Shown: positions 37,505 to 46,567 of the stretch, in pieces
Layout of the letters: the number at the start of each line of letters is the position of its first letter
Numbering within the stretch: position 1 is the first letter of the stretch
Source of the DNA: a virus
IMG/VR virus record: IMGVR_UViG_3300037466_003065
Span: 96,001-160,000 of that record
Direction: 5' to 3' (one strand)
Length of the DNA: 64,000 bases
The notes under the pieces: model-generated
What the model was told of the DNA's origin: nothing
What the model saw: only the letters and a program-made list of their open reading frames with translations
Databases searched by the model: none
Translations under genes and position numbers: made by a program

Positions 37505-37709
37505 TGTTCTTCTCCGCTTCGAGGACGGCGTCGCGGAGCTTGAGGGACTCGTCCGCGAAGCCTTTCATCCCCTTGTCTGAGGTAGGTGGGAATCCGCCGC
37601 ACGCCGCGAGCCGGCCGGCCACGACCTGACCGAGCAGGTACTGGCTCCAGCTCATGCCGGGGGCCGAAAGTAGTTCGCTGGGGAACGCACATTCGTTTGG
37701 TTGTGTCAT
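37491..37709 (-). CDS. small conserved phage protein (AFP...GM..L type)
   Basis: CAFP....GMSWSQYLLGQVVAG...A......DAVL pattern. Confidence 0.7.
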   Translation of the reverse strand: MTQPNECAFPSELLSAPGMSWSQYLLGQVVAGRLAACGGFPPTSDKGMKGFADESLKLRDAVLEAEKNNANG

Positions 37710-37716
37710 GGTGCTC

Positions 37717-38073
37717 CTACCAGTTGAAGGTGGGTAATTCCTTGTACGTGGGCCCGTCGCGGTCGAGGGCCACGAACTTGCAGTCGTTCTCCTGGGCGAT
37801 CGTTAAGAGCTGGATGAACGCCGCGCTGTACCCCCGCCGCTTCGCCTTCTGAAGGATGTCGGCACGCATGTCCTTGTCGCTGGGGGCGGCGTAGACGAAG
37901 AAGCCCTCACGGAACTCGTACACGGTGAGGTCGTCACCCTGGGCGGAGGTGGGGCCCGCGTCGTCGGGCCAATGGGCGACCGCGTCGTGCTGCAGCTTCT
38001 CCATGTCGCCCATGGTTATGTGGCCGGTGCCGCAGTCGAACAGCTTCTCGGTGTGGATCTTGAGATTGGACAC
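37717..38073 (-). CDS. DUF5983-like protein
   Basis: DCGTGHIT...FIQLLTIAQENDCKFVALDRDGP...LPTFNW; GTG start after AAGGAG. Confidence 0.65.
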   Translation of the reverse strand: MSNLKIHTEKLFDCGTGHITMGDMEKLQHDAVAHWPDDAGPTSAQGDDLTVYEFREGFFVYAAPSDKDMRADILQKAKRRGYSAAFIQLLTIAQENDCKFVALDRDGPTYKELPTFNW

Positions 38074-38417
38074 AGCGACTCCTTGATGTGTTGGATGTAC
38101 CGGTCTTTGCGGCGAATAGTGCCGCGGGCCGCAGGATGAACGATGGGGATGAAGTCGATCCGTCGCTTGGCAAGGGCATCCTGCACCCTCTTGCCCATGG
38201 CGACGACCGGCACGCGTGAGCCTCGGATCGACTTCAGGATCGTGTGGTTGACCCGGTCGCCCACGAAAAGGTTGGCGAAGATCTGGAGCTGGGGGTCGAG
38301 GCCGCAGGCCGTCAGGGCGTCGAAGAGCTGCTTCGCCGCCAGCCTGCCGTCCTGCCACCTGACCCGCATCCGCACCGCCTTCGCCGACCGCTTTTCACCG
38401 ACGAAGAGGTAGATCAT
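38016..38417 (-). CDS. hypothetical protein, possible uracil-DNA-glycosylase-like fold
   Basis: FVGE, VVAMG..V..AL, IVHPAAR; weak motif-based call. Confidence 0.45.
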   Translation of the reverse strand: MIYLFVGEKRSAKAVRMRVRWQDGRLAAKQLFDALTACGLDPQLQIFANLFVGDRVNHTILKSIRGSRVPVVAMGKRVQDALAKRRIDFIPIVHPAARGTIRRKDRYIQHIKESLCPISRSTPRSCSTAAPAT

Positions 38418-38746
38418 CCCTTGTTCTCCGGGGCGTCGGGGTCGGGGTCGATCGCGTTGTGCCGCCGCAGGTCTTCGTGGTCGGCGGCCTCCTCGTCATC
38501 CCTGCTCTCGCCCTCGGCCTCCGCCTCGCCGTCGACCAATGACACCGTGACGAAGATCGCCTTGTCGACCCGATCGTGGATGTTGCCCGGCGTCGTGGGT
38601 CGCTTGAGGGCGACGTCGTCCAGGCGGACGAACACGTTGTTGATCACGTCGTCGCCGTACGCGATGCTGATGGGGATCTCCTGATCCGGCTTCATCCCCT
38701 TGATCATCTTCCGGATCTCGCTGACCTTGATAGTTCCGCGTCCCAT
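38414..38746 (-). CDS. hypothetical protein
   Basis: 110 aa; AAGGAG RBS. Confidence 0.7.
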   Translation of the reverse strand: MGRGTIKVSEIRKMIKGMKPDQEIPISIAYGDDVINNVFVRLDDVALKRPTTPGNIHDRVDKAIFVTVSLVDGEAEAEGESRDDEEAADHEDLRRHNAIDPDPDAPENKG

Positions 38747-38764
38747 GACATCTCCTTCTGAGGG

Positions 38765-39337
38765 TTATCCGAGTGTGAGGTAGCCGCGATTTTCGTGCAC
38801 CCGCCGCATCAACGTGTAGAGCCGGCGGCACTTCGTGTCCCACGCCGCCTTATACGACTCGAGCGACTCGACGGCCCGCAGGGTGGCGGTGATCAGGTCG
38901 GACGTGACCATGATCTGGGCACAGGTCTCGTAGAGCGTGTGGGTGACGTGCCAGAGCTGGAGGAGGGCCTTCAGCTCCTTGTTCTTGACGCGATCCAGGT
39001 GGACGCGGCCGATCGTGGGGACGCCCCCGAACAGGTAGGATCCCTTCACCCACGAGCGGTCGTCCGTCGTGTCCTGCAGGGCTTCGATCATCCACTTCTT
39101 GTTCTGCAGGCTCGAGAGTCTCAGGTCTCGCTTCTCGCCGAAGTAGCTGAACCAGCTACGGGCCTTCTTGGCCTCCTTGACGTCGACGCCCTTGGCGACC
39201 GACCAGCCGGCGATGAGCTGCTCGACGAAGAACACGGCCGACCCGTTGGTGCCGACGTCCTCCCAGCCCAAGTCGACGTAGTTTCGCACCGATGCACTCT
39301 TGTGCTCAATGCGGTGTCCCGACATTGTGTTTCCCAC
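38765..39337 (-). CDS. hypothetical protein
   Basis: GTG start after AGGAGGCATC. Confidence 0.7.
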   Translation of the reverse strand: MGNTMSGHRIEHKSASVRNYVDLGWEDVGTNGSAVFFVEQLIAGWSVAKGVDVKEAKKARSWFSYFGEKRDLRLSSLQNKKWMIEALQDTTDDRSWVKGSYLFGGVPTIGRVHLDRVKNKELKALLQLWHVTHTLYETCAQIMVTSDLITATLRAVESLESYKAAWDTKCRRLYTLMRRVHENRGYLTLG

Positions 39338-39356
39338 GATGCCTCCTGTTGAAGGT

Positions 39357-39596
39357 TTACCACTCGATCTCGCACCAGACGCAGTACCGCTTATTGACGG
39401 TGAACTGCACCTTGGTCTCGCCGGCGGCGTCCGTCGTCTCCAGCAGGACGAAGTCGTCGCCCCAGCGGATGGCGGCGCCGCGATGCACGCTGCCGTCGAC
39501 CATGTGGCAGGCCAGGTGGTATCCCGGCTTGCCTTCACGTGTGTTGGCGTACTCGATGAGGATGGTGAACACGTTGCCTCCTAGATGAGGTTCCAC
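39357..39596 (-). CDS. small hypothetical protein
   Basis: 79 aa; likely start near the AGGAGG at ~39580. Confidence 0.6.
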   Translation of the reverse strand: MEPHLGGNVFTILIEYANTREGKPGYHLACHMVDGSVHRGAAIRWGDDFVLLETTDAAGETKVQFTVNKRYCVWCEIEW

Positions 39597-40573
39597 TTCT
39601 GAACGTCCCGACTGTCGACGGCGACCAAGAACTCGATCGCCTTCTTCGCGAGCGGGTCGCCCTTGAGGGCCTGCTCCCGCACGAACGCGGCCGCCTCCTT
39701 GTCGCCGGGGAACTTGGGCTCGTCGTAGTCGAGGTGTGGGTGGTCGGACGGGGCGGCGATCGCCTGCAACTGCCAGCGGCCGTCCGCGGAGCCCTCGCAG
39801 TCGAAGATGTCCCAGCCCTGTCGCTGGGCCGCGAGCTGATCTTCCGGCGTCCAGAGGCCGGGGTCTGGGTCATCGCCATCCTCGTCAAGCTCGTAGTTGA
39901 TGAACGGCCTTATCTCCGGCGTGCCGTCCTTCGTGATGTCCAGCCGGAAGAGGCCGTCGCGGTCGCCCCGCGTCCTCTTGTGCTGGCGGGCCGCCTCGAG
40001 CCGTTCGTCGTCGTTGTCGTACGGGCCGGACAGCGACGGCTCCGTGTCCCCTTCGACGACCTGAAGGTACAGTTTGTCGGGGGTCGCCTCCTTTCGGTGG
40101 ACTAACACGTCCACCTTGACGGGCGGCGGGCCCTGGTCGTCTCGGTACGCGTCCACGATGTCGATGCCGACGATGTGCTTCATCCACTCGGGCATCGGCT
40201 CGTGTTCCTTGCCAACCTCCAGCCGATCGATCATGTTGTCGATCAGGGCCAGGGCGAGCTGTTGGCCCTTCAGGTGCTCGCCCTTGTCGAGACCGATGTC
40301 GAAGAGGGCCTCCAGTTTGACGTTGACGACGATGGTAGCGCCGGCGGCGTCGGGGGCCTTGAAGCCGTGCTCCAAGTGCGTGGCGACCTCCTCCTTGGCC
40401 GACAGGGCGACGATGAGGGTGTCGGCCAGGGCCTCGGTCTCGGTCACCGCGATGAACTGCTCGACGTCGTCGGGGTCGTTCGGGTCGGGCATCTGGTAGA
40501 TCGCCCAGCCATCGGAGAACTCGCTCCGCTGCGAGAGGCCGGCCACGGCCTTGTGGTGTTCCTTGCGGTACAT
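39581..40573 (-). CDS. mosaic hypothetical protein
   Basis: Start MYRKEH after AGGAGACATC; C-terminal module A..QGW.IF.C.G.....LQ. Confidence 0.75.
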   Translation of the reverse strand: MYRKEHHKAVAGLSQRSEFSDGWAIYQMPDPNDPDDVEQFIAVTETEALADTLIVALSAKEEVATHLEHGFKAPDAAGATIVVNVKLEALFDIGLDKGEHLKGQQLALALIDNMIDRLEVGKEHEPMPEWMKHIVGIDIVDAYRDDQGPPPVKVDVLVHRKEATPDKLYLQVVEGDTEPSLSGPYDNDDERLEAARQHKRTRGDRDGLFRLDITKDGTPEIRPFINYELDEDGDDPDPGLWTPEDQLAAQRQGWDIFDCEGSADGRWQLQAIAAPSDHPHLDYDEPKFPGDKEAAAFVREQALKGDPLAKKAIEFLVAVDSRDVQKWNLI

Positions 40574-40594
40574 GATGTCTCCTGCAAAGGGAAA

Positions 40595-40621
40595 GGGCCC
40601 GGGAGAACGCCTCCCGGGCCC
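40595..40621 (-). terminator. intrinsic terminator
   Basis: 11-bp stem GGGCCCGGGAG / CTCCCGGGCCC followed by UUUCCCUUU on minus. Confidence 0.75.
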
Positions 40622-40643
40622 GATCGTAACGTCGCTGTCGTTG

Positions 40644-41957
40644 CTAGGCCGCCGCGGCCTGTTTCCGCCGGCAGCCCGTGATCGCTGAGAGCACGTGCCG
40701 GAACATCTGGATGTCGATGCCCTGCCCAAGCACCTCGCCGGCGTTCGTCTTCGTCGGGCCGAGGTCGTAGTCGTCGGGCAGGCCCATCAACCGCCGGCCC
40801 TCGGTCAGCGTGAGCCACCGCCAGGTGTTGGCCTGCGTCGGGTGGGCGACCACGAAGTTGTCACCCTGCCCGGCGTAGTACCGCTTCTTGAGCGTCGGGA
40901 TCTGCGTGTCGGCGGCCGTGATCGCCGGCGCCGCGAACCCGTTGCCCTTGGCCGACTGCCTCGCCCAGTGCTGTGGTGCCCAGTGGTCGAGGCCGAACCA
41001 GAGCGGGCTGTCGTCGGGGATGCGCTCGAGGATTGACGCGGCCGTCAGCTTCTGGGTCACGGTCTCGGGCCACCGCACCTCGTCGAACGTGGTGGCGATG
41101 ATGATCGCACGCCGGCGGGCCTGCAGGGAGCCGTAGTCGAGGGCGTTGAGGACGCGACTGTCCACCGTGTACCCCATCGCCCGGAGCACGCCCTGCACCA
41201 TGTACCCGCTGCCCGCGTCGAGGTATCCGGGGACGTTCTCGATCACGACGGTGTGCGGGTTCAGGACGTCGACGGCCTGCAGTACGTAGAAGTCCAGGTG
41301 GCCCAGCTCGTGGGCCTCCGGGGGGAGGCTCTTGTCCCGCTTCTGCTGGCCGCCGCGGTCGAGTCGCCGGATGTTGCTGTACGGCTCGCAGGGGCGGCCG
41401 GCGGTCAGGAGGCCCACGGGCTGGTCGATGCGGGCGGCCATCTTCTGGAAGTCGACCTCCTCGATCGGCTGCTCGTGCATGTTCCCCGCGTGGTTCCGCT
41501 CCCAGATCTCGGCGTACGCCGGCTCGACCTCGACGGCCGCCACGGTCTGGAAGCCCTCGGCGTGGGCCGCCTCGTCCAGCAGGCCGCCGCCGGCGAACAG
41601 GCTGACGGCGATCGCGGTGAGCACGCGGGCCGCCTTCTTGACCAGCGTCTTGGCCTTGGTGATGACGATCTCGCCCTTCCTGGCCTCGCAGAGCAGGGGC
41701 GTGCCCAGCTTCTCGCCGAAGACGGCGCCGAGCTTGTCGCCGGTGATGTCGATTACGGCGGCCTCGCCCTTGCCGCTGATCTTGCGGTCGCCCTCGGTGT
41801 TCGCGCGGATGATGATCTTGTCCTTCTCGAAGATGACGGTGATCTTGCCGGCCGGGGAGAACCCGGCTTCGACGAGCCAGCGGCCCTGCAGGTAGACCCG
41901 GGGCTTCTCCTTGTTCAGGCCCAGCTTGATGTTCGCGCTACGGAGTTTCTCGCTCAT
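40644..41957 (-). CDS. dcm: DNA (cytosine-5)-methyltransferase with N-terminal SymE/AbrB-like domain
   Basis: SLFAGGG (motif I), AGRPCEPYS (IV), IENVPG (VI), LQARRR (VIII), RWLTLTEGRRLMGLP (IX), VLGQGI (X). N-terminus has VYLQGRWLVEAGF. Confidence 0.92.
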   Translation of the reverse strand: MSEKLRSANIKLGLNKEKPRVYLQGRWLVEAGFSPAGKITVIFEKDKIIIRANTEGDRKISGKGEAAVIDITGDKLGAVFGEKLGTPLLCEARKGEIVITKAKTLVKKAARVLTAIAVSLFAGGGLLDEAAHAEGFQTVAAVEVEPAYAEIWERNHAGNMHEQPIEEVDFQKMAARIDQPVGLLTAGRPCEPYSNIRRLDRGGQQKRDKSLPPEAHELGHLDFYVLQAVDVLNPHTVVIENVPGYLDAGSGYMVQGVLRAMGYTVDSRVLNALDYGSLQARRRAIIIATTFDEVRWPETVTQKLTAASILERIPDDSPLWFGLDHWAPQHWARQSAKGNGFAAPAITAADTQIPTLKKRYYAGQGDNFVVAHPTQANTWRWLTLTEGRRLMGLPDDYDLGPTKTNAGEVLGQGIDIQMFRHVLSAITGCRRKQAAAA

Positions 41958-41991
41958 GTGATGCCTTGCTCCTTGAAGACTGGAAAAGAAA

Positions 41992-42019
41992 TCCCCCGTG
42001 GTATATATACCACGGGGGA
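41992..42019 (-). terminator. perfect 28-bp palindrome, terminator-like
   Basis: TCCCCCGTGGTATATATACCACGGGGGA followed by UUUCUUUU on minus. Confidence 0.7.
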
Positions 42020-42051
42020 CAATGGGCTCAACGATGCCCCCTCCACGTCGG

Positions 42052-42309
42052 TTATCTGCCGGGGTATAGATGGTCGGACACGTAATCGACCGTCTTCTGG
42101 TCTCGCTGCTTGTACCGCGAGATCATCTCCTGGGCAGACTGTGGATCGGGCCGCTTGGTCTCGCTCGCCTTGGCGAGCATCCCGAGACCCCAGAGGGCAC
42201 CCAGGATCCCGATCGTGACGCCGACCGCCGTGTCCGGCTTCGGCTCCTTCTTGCGTCGGCAGCTATCGAGGTAGCTGCCTCGCTCCGCGTAGTGGTGGGG
42301 GCGTTGCAT
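42052..42309 (-). CDS. small membrane protein
   Basis: Central TM segment AVGVTIGILGALWGLGML; AAGGAGGTG RBS. Confidence 0.6.
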   Translation of the reverse strand: MQRPHHYAERGSYLDSCRRKKEPKPDTAVGVTIGILGALWGLGMLAKASETKRPDPQSAQEMISRYKQRDQKTVDYVSDHLYPGR

Positions 42310-42318
42310 GGTGGTTAT

Positions 42319-42684
42319 TCACCTCCTTTCCGTTTTCAGCTTAGCGGCCGGCCCGCCAACCGGCACGAGAAAAGCCTGAATTTTGAGGTTGTAGATCTGG
42401 CCGTCTGGGCCGTAGACGGTGCTGAGCCGCGAATTGTCCAGCTCGTCAGTACAGAAACCGGACACGCTCGTGAGTAGCTCTCGCTCGTAGCCATGCCCCT
42501 CCTCGCCCCAGGTATATACGCCTGCCGGGGCGGTGAGGTATGGCATGACCCACTGCTCGCATCGAGGGCACCGTGACCGTGTTTCCTTGTTCGCCTGAGA
42601 GGCCCACATGACGAAGTCGGACACACCCCTCTTCCCGGGGCAGTCACGGTGCTCGTAGAAGTTGTTGACCTTCGCTTTAGCCAT
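42319..42684 (-). CDS. Zn-ribbon hypothetical protein
   Basis: Start MAKAKV; CPRC motif. Confidence 0.6.
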   Translation of the reverse strand: MAKAKVNNFYEHRDCPGKRGVSDFVMWASQANKETRSRCPRCEQWVMPYLTAPAGVYTWGEEGHGYERELLTSVSGFCTDELDNSRLSTVYGPDGQIYNLKIQAFLVPVGGPAAKLKTERR

Positions 42685-43135
42685 TGGGCCGTTCCCCTTT
42701 CCGTTCGGGGATCTTGCCGGTCTCCAGGGCCCGCATGACGCACTCGGCCGCCCCACGCTGGTACTCGCTCATCTGGTAAAACGGCGGGGCGGCCTTGCTC
42801 ATGTCGTGCAGGTACTTGACGGTCTGAGCGCCGCTCGTGCAGGTCTCGAGCGCGTGCTGGCTGTCGTTCCAGCCGGCCTCGTACTGGGTGACGGCACGTT
42901 TCGGGGGCTGCTGGGCGTACAGCCTGTCCAGCTCCCCGAAGCCGATCTCCAGCACGTGCCCGCGGCGCCGGCGGTGCCAGGAGTGGGTGGCCGTGACGAC
43001 CGGGCCGAACGGCTTCCACTCGCTGTCGATCCACGCCTCGAACTGGTAGCTGTAGCTGTCCGGGTTGGCGTCGTTGGGCGTGTGAACCCGCTCGATGTTG
43101 CGGATCTTCTCCTTGCTCTCGGTGGTGAACTCCAT
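42677..43135 (-). CDS. hypothetical protein
   Basis: 152 aa; GAGGAGG RBS. Confidence 0.7.
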   Translation of the reverse strand: MEFTTESKEKIRNIERVHTPNDANPDSYSYQFEAWIDSEWKPFGPVVTATHSWHRRRRGHVLEIGFGELDRLYAQQPPKRAVTQYEAGWNDSQHALETCTSGAQTVKYLHDMSKAAPPFYQMSEYQRGAAECVMRALETGKIPERKGERPNG

Positions 43136-43139
43136 CGGC

Positions 43140-43754
43140 CTACCTCCTCGGGGTGTACTTGAACTGGTCGCCGGTGCGGAGCACGAACTTACCGTCGACG
43201 AGCCGCTCCACGTACTCGTCGATGGGGACGACCCAGACCGCCTTCATGAGCCGGGCCTTGTTGTACGTCCCCGGCTCGGAGATCCAGTAGCTGCGGGGCG
43301 GCAGGGCGTTGAACTTGTTCCGGCTCTGCATGGCCAGGTTGCCGTCGCGCCGCATCGGCACCACCTCGCCCGGCTCGGCCACGACGATCAGCACCTCCTT
43401 GGGGTCGGAGATGACGCGAATCGGCTTGTCGCCGTACTGCCAGTGGGGTTTGGGCGTCAGCGTGCCGTCCGCGAGCTTGTACGACGTCTCCTGCGTGCGG
43501 CCCATCGACTCTACGGCCTGGCTCTGCCATACCGCGATGCCGCCACGCTGCAGGAACCCCCACACCTTGGAAGCGTTCTCTTCGGTGTACGTGATGGGCT
43601 CCCACTTGATAGTGGCATTGCGGGCCGCGTCGATCTCGACCGGATAGATGCCGCTCTGCCGAACCACCTCTGGGTTCGTGAGGGTGTACACCGGGCCGCC
43701 GAATCGCTGGGTGAAGACCAATTCCCCTGGGCTGAGATGCTGAAGTTCTAACAT
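43140..43754 (-). CDS. hypothetical protein
   Basis: 204 aa; AGGAGACATC RBS. Confidence 0.75.
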   Translation of the reverse strand: MLELQHLSPGELVFTQRFGGPVYTLTNPEVVRQSGIYPVEIDAARNATIKWEPITYTEENASKVWGFLQRGGIAVWQSQAVESMGRTQETSYKLADGTLTPKPHWQYGDKPIRVISDPKEVLIVVAEPGEVVPMRRDGNLAMQSRNKFNALPPRSYWISEPGTYNKARLMKAVWVVPIDEYVERLVDGKFVLRTGDQFKYTPRR

Positions 43755-43791
43755 GATGTCTCCTGTTGAAGGTTAAGTTGTCGTCGAACGA

Positions 43792-44610
43792 TTAGGTGTG
43801 GGCCGTCGCCTCCTTTCTGTCCGGGATCAACTTCTCGCCCTTGCAGATCCAGGCCCCGTCGCCCGTGACCTCCTCGATCTCGTCGTCGGGATCGATCTGC
43901 TCACGGATCGCTTCGAGGAGCGAGTCCTCGCCGATGTAGCCGCCGCACTCGTCGATGACGTGCCCGGTGTCGTCCTCGATCTTGTACCAGTGGCAGTTGC
44001 CGTTGGCCCAGTCGTTGTACGTCTCCAGGAACGACTCGGCGTCCTTCTGGCGGGCCTCGTAGGTCTTGGCGCCCATGTGGCTGGCCGGCTCCTCCCAGAC
44101 CAGCAGGCCGGCGACCTCGACACCGTCCCACTGCTTATCGGGGCACCGTTGCCACTGCTCGCCGCCCTTGATCATCCACGCGCTCTGGCCGTGCTCGAAG
44201 TAGGACAGGATGAACGCGAGCCCGTCCGTCAGCTTCTTCTTGAGCTTGGCGTCGGGCGGCAGTAACTCGGTCGGTTCCTTGAAGTTGGTGTGCCGATGGT
44301 TAAACGAGTAGAGCTTCCACGCCCCATCCTCGTCGCACGGGCACTCGATGTCGGTGTCGGCCTCGATCGTAATGGTCAGCTTGCGGCCGATCCGCTTGAC
44401 CAGGCTGCCCGGCTCGGGCAGTAGCTTGCCGGCCTTGGCGAACTCGTTCACGTCCTCGGTGGTGGCCAGCGACAGGGTGATGCCGTACTCGCTCGACGGT
44501 TGTACGGCCTCGCGGAACGCGTCCAGCTTCTGCTGGATCTGCTCCCTCGCTGTCTCCTCGTCGTCGACCTCGACCTCCATCACCAGCAGGGTCTTCGTGG
44601 TGGCTCGCAT
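43792..44610 (-). CDS. conserved phage hypothetical protein
   Basis: YFEHG...WDG...GLLVW...Y..W.NG..H.Y.IED.......ECGGYIG pattern. Confidence 0.75.
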   Translation of the reverse strand: MRATTKTLLVMEVEVDDEETAREQIQQKLDAFREAVQPSSEYGITLSLATTEDVNEFAKAGKLLPEPGSLVKRIGRKLTITIEADTDIECPCDEDGAWKLYSFNHRHTNFKEPTELLPPDAKLKKKLTDGLAFILSYFEHGQSAWMIKGGEQWQRCPDKQWDGVEVAGLLVWEEPASHMGAKTYEARQKDAESFLETYNDWANGNCHWYKIEDDTGHVIDECGGYIGEDSLLEAIREQIDPDDEIEEVTGDGAWICKGEKLIPDRKEATAHT

Positions 44611-44622
44611 ACTTGCTCCTTG

Positions 44623-44889
44623 TTAGTTGTCCTCGGGGCCCAGGATTGCCGCGCAGCTTTCGCACGAGTAGTCGCCTTCCTCGTAGGGCGGGTGGACGAC
44701 GTCGACGCTGCCGATCGTGGCGTCCTGCAACACGACAGGCGCCTCGTCGAAGTCTTCGGGATCGATCGCCTCACCCTCGACGAACAGTGACTTGCAGTTG
44801 CTGCACACGTCGATCGTTGGCGTGCCGTTGCCAGCCGCCTTCTCCTCACTCTGATCCCAGTCGTTGGGGATCACCTCGATGCGGGGCAT
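44623..44889 (-). CDS. acidic Zn-ribbon hypothetical protein
   Basis: Start MPRIEV after AAGGAG; CSNC...CESC. Confidence 0.7.
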   Translation of the reverse strand: MPRIEVIPNDWDQSEEKAAGNGTPTIDVCSNCKSLFVEGEAIDPEDFDEAPVVLQDATIGSVDVVHPPYEEGDYSCESCAAILGPEDN

Positions 44890-45200
44890 GCTTGCTCCTT
44901 CTGTGGCTCGATGCGCCACTCGTAAAGTTTTTTGGCACTGGTCAGAGAGTACACGATGAACCGGTAGCTGGGGCCGCCGATCGGGTCGGCGAAGATGCGG
45001 AACCGCGGGCTGGCGACATCAGGGTACTGGATCATCGAGATCCCGTTCTGCCCGTGGCCTGACACCAGTGGGCCACTGTGCGGGGCGAAGCCCCCTTTCT
45101 GTAGCCACACGGCGAGGCTGGCCAGGTGCTCGGCCAGTTCGCGCAGTTGCTTCCGCTTCCACGCGTCGACGATCCGTTCGAGGCATGCTTGGGGATCCAT
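44871..45200 (-). CDS. conserved small phage protein (MDPxACL...WL..GGF type)
   Basis: MDPQACLERI...LAVWLQKGGFAP; GGAGG RBS. Confidence 0.75.
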   Translation of the reverse strand: MDPQACLERIVDAWKRKQLRELAEHLASLAVWLQKGGFAPHSGPLVSGHGQNGISMIQYPDVASPRFRIFADPIGGPSYRFIVYSLTSAKKLYEWRIEPQKEQACPASR

Positions 45201-45445
45201 CAGTCCTCCGGTTTGACCCAGTAAGGCGAGTGCTCGTCGTAGTAGCCCTCGCCGGTGAAGGGGAACGGGCTCTTGTGCTGTGGCGGGAACGACTCGTCGT
45301 AGTTGTAGAAGTGGATTCGCCGTTGCTTGGGCAGTCGGATCATGAGGCCCTTTGGGCCCCACGAAAGGCGGCCGCCAAAGCGAGCATAGTGGGCCATCGC
45401 CTCGGTGAGCGAGTCGATGAACGGCAGGTGTGGTACGTCGGCCAT
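45200..45445 (-). CDS. small hypothetical protein
   Basis: Start MADVPH after AAGGAGGAG. Confidence 0.7.
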   Translation of the reverse strand: MADVPHLPFIDSLTEAMAHYARFGGRLSWGPKGLMIRLPKQRRIHFYNYDESFPPQHKSPFPFTGEGYYDEHSPYWVKPED

Positions 45446-46128
45446 CACTCCTCCTTCTTGAGGTGGGTGACTCGCTGGACGCCGGCCCGGTGCATCTCGA
45501 ACTTCATCAGGAGCTCCGGCGGGGCCTTGTCCAGGAAGCCTTGGGCTTGCTCGATCGAACAGTTGTAGTGGTGGGCGAGGAACTCGGCGTAGGTCGCGAA
45601 GACCGCCTCCTTGTCCGGGGGCAGGTGCAGGAGCTGGGCGGGGAGCCGCTGGTCGTCGCCGGTATTCGCCCGCATAATAGCGGCGCCCGCACACTCGCGG
45701 TTCTGCGGGTTCCGCTTCATCTCCTCCTCGTTCTGGATCTTGCCGTCGTAGGTCATGTGGCACGGGATCCAGAACGGGCCGTGACACTGGCCGACGTAGA
45801 CGTGCGGCGCCGAGCCGCCCAGCGTGCCGGGCACGAGCCGGTCGCTCGGGCTGTCGCGGCGGAACGCGCAGGTCGAACACGGACTCTTGTGTTGGGCCTT
45901 CGGCTCATACTCTTCGACATGCTCGGCGTCGATGTATATGTACCGGTACGTAGCGTCGTGCCGGAACAAGCTGTTCTTGTCGGCCCGCACGCGGCCGGGC
46001 TCGGCGTAGTAGCACGTCTTGCCCTGGCCGTCCTTGATCGTGCTCAGCGGCGTGTGGGCCGGGATCACGATCTCGTGGATGCGTTCGAAGGTCATCTTGA
46101 CCTCGTGCTTGGTGCGGTAGTGGGCCAT
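45445..46128 (-). CDS. two-domain protein with DUF6283-like Cys-rich C-terminal domain
   Basis: PCSTCAFRRD...PCH...CAGA. Confidence 0.6.
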   Translation of the reverse strand: MAHYRTKHEVKMTFERIHEIVIPAHTPLSTIKDGQGKTCYYAEPGRVRADKNSLFRHDATYRYIYIDAEHVEEYEPKAQHKSPCSTCAFRRDSPSDRLVPGTLGGSAPHVYVGQCHGPFWIPCHMTYDGKIQNEEEMKRNPQNRECAGAAIMRANTGDDQRLPAQLLHLPPDKEAVFATYAEFLAHHYNCSIEQAQGFLDKAPPELLMKFEMHRAGVQRVTHLKKEE

Positions 46129-46141
46129 GTGGCCTCCTGTG

Positions 46142-46462
46142 TTAGCGACTGACAAAGACGCTGGCCTCGGGGTACTTACGGCATGCCGTCAGGTACGCCT
46201 CGATCCAGGTGATGAAGTCGTCGTAGTTGCCCCAGCCGTTCGGTGGGTTCAGGGCTTTGAACTTGGCCGGGTTGAACTTCATCTTGGCCAGTCCGTCCTC
46301 CAGCAGCGGGATGAGCTGGCCGGCTGTGTTGAGGTTGTTCTCGTCGGGGCGCCACAGGGCCTCGTAGATGCCCGCGGCCATGGCCATCTTGTTGAGGTTG
46401 TGGGTGATGTTGGCGTCGAACACCTCGCCGTCGAGGGTCGACAGGGAAACGTCGAGACTCAT
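46142..46462 (-). CDS. conserved phage hypothetical protein
   Basis: MSLDVSL...ANITHNLNKMA..AGIYEALW...NPPNGWGNY...L.AC..YP.A.V.VSR. Confidence 0.85.
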   Translation of the reverse strand: MSLDVSLSTLDGEVFDANITHNLNKMAMAAGIYEALWRPDENNLNTAGQLIPLLEDGLAKMKFNPAKFKALNPPNGWGNYDDFITWIEAYLTACRKYPEASVFVSR

Positions 46463-46501
46463 AAAGCCTCCTGCGGTATGGGGGAATTGTATCCAAACGA
46501 A

Positions 46502-46533
46502 GGCCCCCGCCCAGAGTTACCCAGGCGGGGGCC
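46502..46533 (-). terminator. terminator-like hairpin
   Basis: 10-bp stem GGCCCCCGCC / GGCGGGGGCC followed by UUCGUUU on minus. Confidence 0.65.
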
Positions 46534-46567
46534 GGTCACATCAGCGAAACTCTTGCGGCGCCGAAGG

